From assembly GCA_964035575.1 (NCBI GenBank), contig OZ037836.1, positions 1,674,001 through 1,738,000 on the forward strand: a stretch of DNA of 64,000 nt. The letters are read 5' to 3'. The notes beneath the pieces were generated by a model. The model was not told the origin of the DNA. It searched no databases and saw only the letters and a list, made by a program, of their open reading frames with translations. Below are positions 59,715 to 64,000 of this stretch, piece by piece (within the stretch, counting starts at the first letter, position 1; each line of letters starts with the position of its first letter). The position numbers were made by a program, and so were the translations under genes. This stretch comes from Rhynchopus sp. YZ270_cl-10 (lineage: Eukaryota).

Positions 59715-60190
59715 TGTGTGCTGTAAGCTGTATTAAGTTGCCAGAAAAGAATAGGCATAACGGTGTAATATATGTTGCCAATGTGCACCACTCGGTCGCA
59801 CTGAGCACTACAATAAATTTAAAGCAACATCAGTACGCCATCCGACCGCACAGTGGCTCACGTCCCCGAATGGCCACCCAGCCATCGTGTGCAGCGTGGG
59901 TGTCGACGGAGGAAAGGCCACCTCATATGTTATTAAAGTCTTAAAGTGCGTCGAAAAAATATAAAATTGCGCTGTAAAGCTGCGGTTATCTTATTGCCAG
60001 TAAAGAAAAGGCCTAAGGGTGTAATGTAGTGTACAACAGTGACCTGCACTGGTAACACTGAGCGTTGATGTGTAATCAAAAATCAAGCCCAGTGTAACAA
60101 TAAATTATTTCGATCGCACTTTAAACGGTGGATACTACTTCTCATTCCTGAATGGCCACCCAGCTAATTCCACTGGCGTGTCGACAGAAA
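59715..60190 (+). repeat. Diverged tandem duplication, period about 270 bp
   Basis: The ordered motifs gctgtaa(a)gctg...ttgccag...ggtgtaat...cactgagc...gaatggccacccagc...gtgtcgac occur twice. Confidence 0.65.
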
Positions 60191-61053
60191 AAAATTGAGA
60201 GGATGTATTTACACCGGAGGTAAGCACCTTTTGTCGTTACTCTTGTGTCTGCCTTGGAGGATTTTAATAGGCATGGTCATGACAGTAAGACAAAGCTGCG
60301 GGGCGACGTATGGCACTAAACTCAACTCGTAACCTTTTCGTTTATCAGACTGCACCTGTTAGTCTTAAGCGCTGCAAACCGTGCTCGAGAAAAGATAGAC
60401 ACAGTTGCAACGTAATGTGAAGTTGTTGTAGACAACAATGCGCCCGAGGGTCGCAGGTTGCTAGTATAAAGGATAAGGACGACAGTACAGAATAGTCGCT
60501 AATATGTGTAAACTTAAGACCTCACAGGACGACTTCAAGCGGCGAAAGGTGCGCTAAAATAGGAAGAAGTATTGAAAGATGATCCCAAGCCTCACTTGCC
60601 TAGTCACATCTAGAAGTAAAAATAAAAAATGGAGAAGAATTTCGCTTCAACCATTTTTTTTTTTTTTTTTTTTCTAATTATTTATTTGAAACGCAGAGTT
60701 TGTTTTGGCCCCGTCTGTGAGTGTTGGTTGAATTGGAGTCGGGGAGCAGAGGTTGGGGAGAAAAGAGAGAGAGGAAACACATACAAGACTATCGAATTAT
60801 ACACACAAATTTCATCCTTCGATTCCAAAAAGGTCCGATCCTTACAGTTTGTATTATTTCCTAACAACCACTCCGTTACACTGCGTTACGCTGCGTTACA
60901 CTGCGTTGTTGTCTGCAAAAATAATAAAACCTACATCCTCGAAACTTTTCTACACAAATGATTTCATTGAACGCATCCTCCAGGACCCTAAGGACCCTGA
61001 GGGACGCTGCGCGAACAAAACATACCCCCCACCCGACCGCCGACCTAAACGGC

Positions 61054-61170
61054 AAGTACACAAACAAAAGAGAAATACAGAACGAAAGAGGAATCCTGAA
61101 CCTTGTAACGATAAGTACACAAACAAAAGAGAAATACAGAACGAAAGAGGAATCCTGAACCTTGTGACGA
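61054..61170 (+). repeat. 59-bp direct tandem duplication
   Basis: aagtacacaaacaaaagagaaatacagaacgaaagaggaatcctgaaccttgt at 61054 and 61113. Confidence 0.9.
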
Positions 61171-64000
61171 CCGCCAAAGGCCAAATCCCACCAGTGTGAA
61201 CCATTTATAAGGACCTCCGAAACTACGGGCTCTTGTCCTCACATCTCGGGAAGAGTCCGCCTTTTTAACCACCGGGAGCCGAAGCCCATTTGGCGTCAAC
61301 AGGATTCGTAAGTCGTAGTCTCTCCCGTCTCCGTAAATCAACCCTTGCTACGAAAGGCTTCCTATGTACGATGAACAGAGAGCGGGAAAGCTTCACTACG
61401 GAGTTGTGTGCTATGAGCCTGTACTGTATGCCGCGTGCTAGTAGGCTACTCCGACAAGAGTACCGGCACGGTGATGAGAGGCAAATAGTAACAGTGCACC
61501 AAAGGTTGCTACTGTGAATAACCAGGCTATAACAGAGTCACTGAGAGCGACCAGCACGAATAGACACCACTGTGGGCCTCAGCAGTGAGACGTACAGCTT
61601 GAAACGGTGCGAAGTGCCAGAGCGAATTAATAGGCAACATTGGCCACAGTATGTAATGTGTTATCTTTCCTCTCTTCAAGAAAAGCTCTTTACTTATTAA
61701 GTTTTGGTTGAGACACATCAATGGTGTCGGGTCTGTGAAGTCACTGAACTATCCAAATATTGAATTATATCGTTAATTATTCGTACCCTGCGTTGACCTG
61801 ACTGCAGGGGAGTTCGCGAACTATCACGACCAGGAATTTTTAGAAAAGATGAAAGCAGAGAGATAAGAGGGGAAGAATAGCAAAAAACGATGTAGGAAAA
61901 GGTTTTACCTGACCAGTGGATTCTCCTGCGTCAGTTTACTCTTTCACAGAACCAAGCAGTGAGACGTAACTAGCGAACGGTGCTCCCTCTTGACATGGAC
62001 ATGCCACCCCGGTATCACTGTAAAGGAACCGGCCGTAAATGAGAGATAAATGTGCATCCGCAGCTTTGCCATAATTGTGCACTAAATAGGTAGCAACAGT
62101 GCGCGTTGGAGACGGGTCCACCCAATAGCACAGTTCCACTCATGGAAAATAAAACTGCACTTCTACGTGCAGCGTTGCATTTGTCTCTGAGCTAGCGGTG
62201 ACCTGCATATTCCCAAACTCGTGTCACACTGCTTTACCCTATTTCGCTCTTATTGTCCAGAATCACTGTTCTTGCTGTAACGACCATTCCCCCACTCAGA
62301 GAGGTCGGCCCGACGATCCAGTGCACGAGACCACAGGCCAGAGGCTCTGGGCCCGATAGGCTAGAGAAATCGTAGACGTCGGTAAATATGTAGTATGGCT
62401 CGGAGGGGTCGCGACGCTTCTCCTGTGGTGGGGAGTGGTTAGAGTAATAAGGGAATAAAACGCATCAGAGAGTAGTGAACTGTATGTAAAATAGTCTGGA
62501 ACAGCGCGCTCACCGGCCGCCAACGTGGGATACAAAAGACGCACCAGCTGTGCTCCAGCCCGGCAGCACAAGAAAGAAGAGTGTATAAAATGACCCTAAA
62601 CCTCTCGTGCTTAGCCACCTTATCGCGGAGCAACATTTTGCGCAGGCCTCCACAAGTATAAGTCCCACACAACTATAAGTCCGGGTGCGCCAATGGATCA
62701 GAGGAAGACAACAGCGCTCCAACCACCAATAGATGCTCCCTGTGTGTGATAGGGGACCACATGTGAAACAAGTACAATACAATGATTGAAGGCACTCAAG
62801 TCACCCTTACGCCTGTCACTAGCGTCCGACAATGAGGAGGCCTTTGAACTGTAAAAAATATTAAATATGATGATATGAACTAAAGTCTCTTCTGTTAAAA
62901 TGACATTGATATAATATACAAGTATGAAACAAACATGACGGAACCCCAAACGTGAACCTAGTCCTCGAATACCGGGGAACCATGTGTCATTATCGCAACT
63001 CTGCGACACTACCGCGAGCTCGCACGCATCACTGAAACAGATGCGGTTGCACAGCATGCCACCGCTGAACAGATGAATACATGAGAGCTGCGGCAGCATA
63101 AAGTACAGATCGGCTCTGCCCTCGGACTGTAAAAAAGGTGTTGGTAACCTGAAGGTATCTGGTGTCCTGCTCCTGAGACGCTTCAACCCAGATGGGGGTG
63201 AAAAACAACGTCGTTACGCCGCAGATTTTGCACTGAGTCTGCACATCATTAGGTGTATCGGGGAACCCCTGAGAGGTACACATCACGGTGGTGGGCAGTA
63301 CTGAGGCGGCCTGGTCTGCACACCCCAACAAAAACGATCACCATCTCGTTCCCGAATAAACGTTGCAAGCAATGCGTACAAAAGAACCGCTGTGAAGAGC
63401 ACAGAAAGTCCTCAGCCCCATTGACGCTAAACGTGCCGTCGACAAGCCAGTCCAAAACGGAGAAGCCTCCACTGAAGCACCACGCAGGACACGTACAGAA
63501 CGGCCTCGTGCTATGCTACGATACAGAGGCCAGGATGGCTGGAAACATAAAGATCGTCTTCGCCACCGTCAGGGTTAGACACAGTTCCTCAAAACACAGA
63601 TAAGTGCTCGAGAGAGTGGCCTGCCCACGCAGGATTCTGTTTGCACCACCGCACTGCGGACGACCCCCCTTCGGCAGCTCTCGTTCAGGTGTAGTCGACA
63701 ACTCCTCCCTCTGCGGCACAAGCAACTCGGTGGACACCGAAGACTTCACTGTCGCGCAAGGGAAGACGACTGAGTTCGAAAGACCGATGCTGCAACGGGC
63801 GAAAAATAACCGTATTCAGTGTCCTCTTAAAGGACGGGAAATTTCCCAAGGGAGGTGCAGTACCGTCTGACAACATCGGCACTATCTTAGCTGGAAACAC
63901 GAAGCACGCGGCGCTGCTTAACACGCACGCCTCGGGAAACCTTGTGGAGATGACGCAGATCAGCGACGATGCGTTTCACCGTACGCGCGTTTGCGTCGAA

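Overview
Eukaryotic, intron-poor, repeat-rich window. Style and gene content suggest a protist, possibly a euglenozoan such as a diplonemid; this is inference only. Four intact single-exon host genes lie on the + strand: a ubiquitin-like + BspA-type LRR protein (2009-3796), an amino acid transporter (7776-9473), and a tandem pair of type I membrane proteins. The pair comprises an 859-aa gene (32158-34737) and a ~6694-aa giant (35721-55805) with four vWA domains, a long Cys-rich EGF-like array, kringle-like inserts, a mucin-like stalk and an acidic dileucine tail; the two share near-identical leader and anchor but have diverged ectodomains. The intergenic DNA is a mosaic of transposons. It holds one apparently intact hAT element (11224-13858), CAG-ended derivatives with 5-, 6- and 8-bp TSDs, TA-flanked MITEs, a MULE-like MITE and a poly(A) SINE. 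It also holds three copies of an unclassified TGGTG...CACCA family with 5-bp TSDs, three pure GTAC-core microsatellites inside elements, and several families of 40-100 bp dispersed micro-elements. Several insertions can be verified against empty-site copies within the window. No rRNA, tRNA or CRISPR array was recognised.
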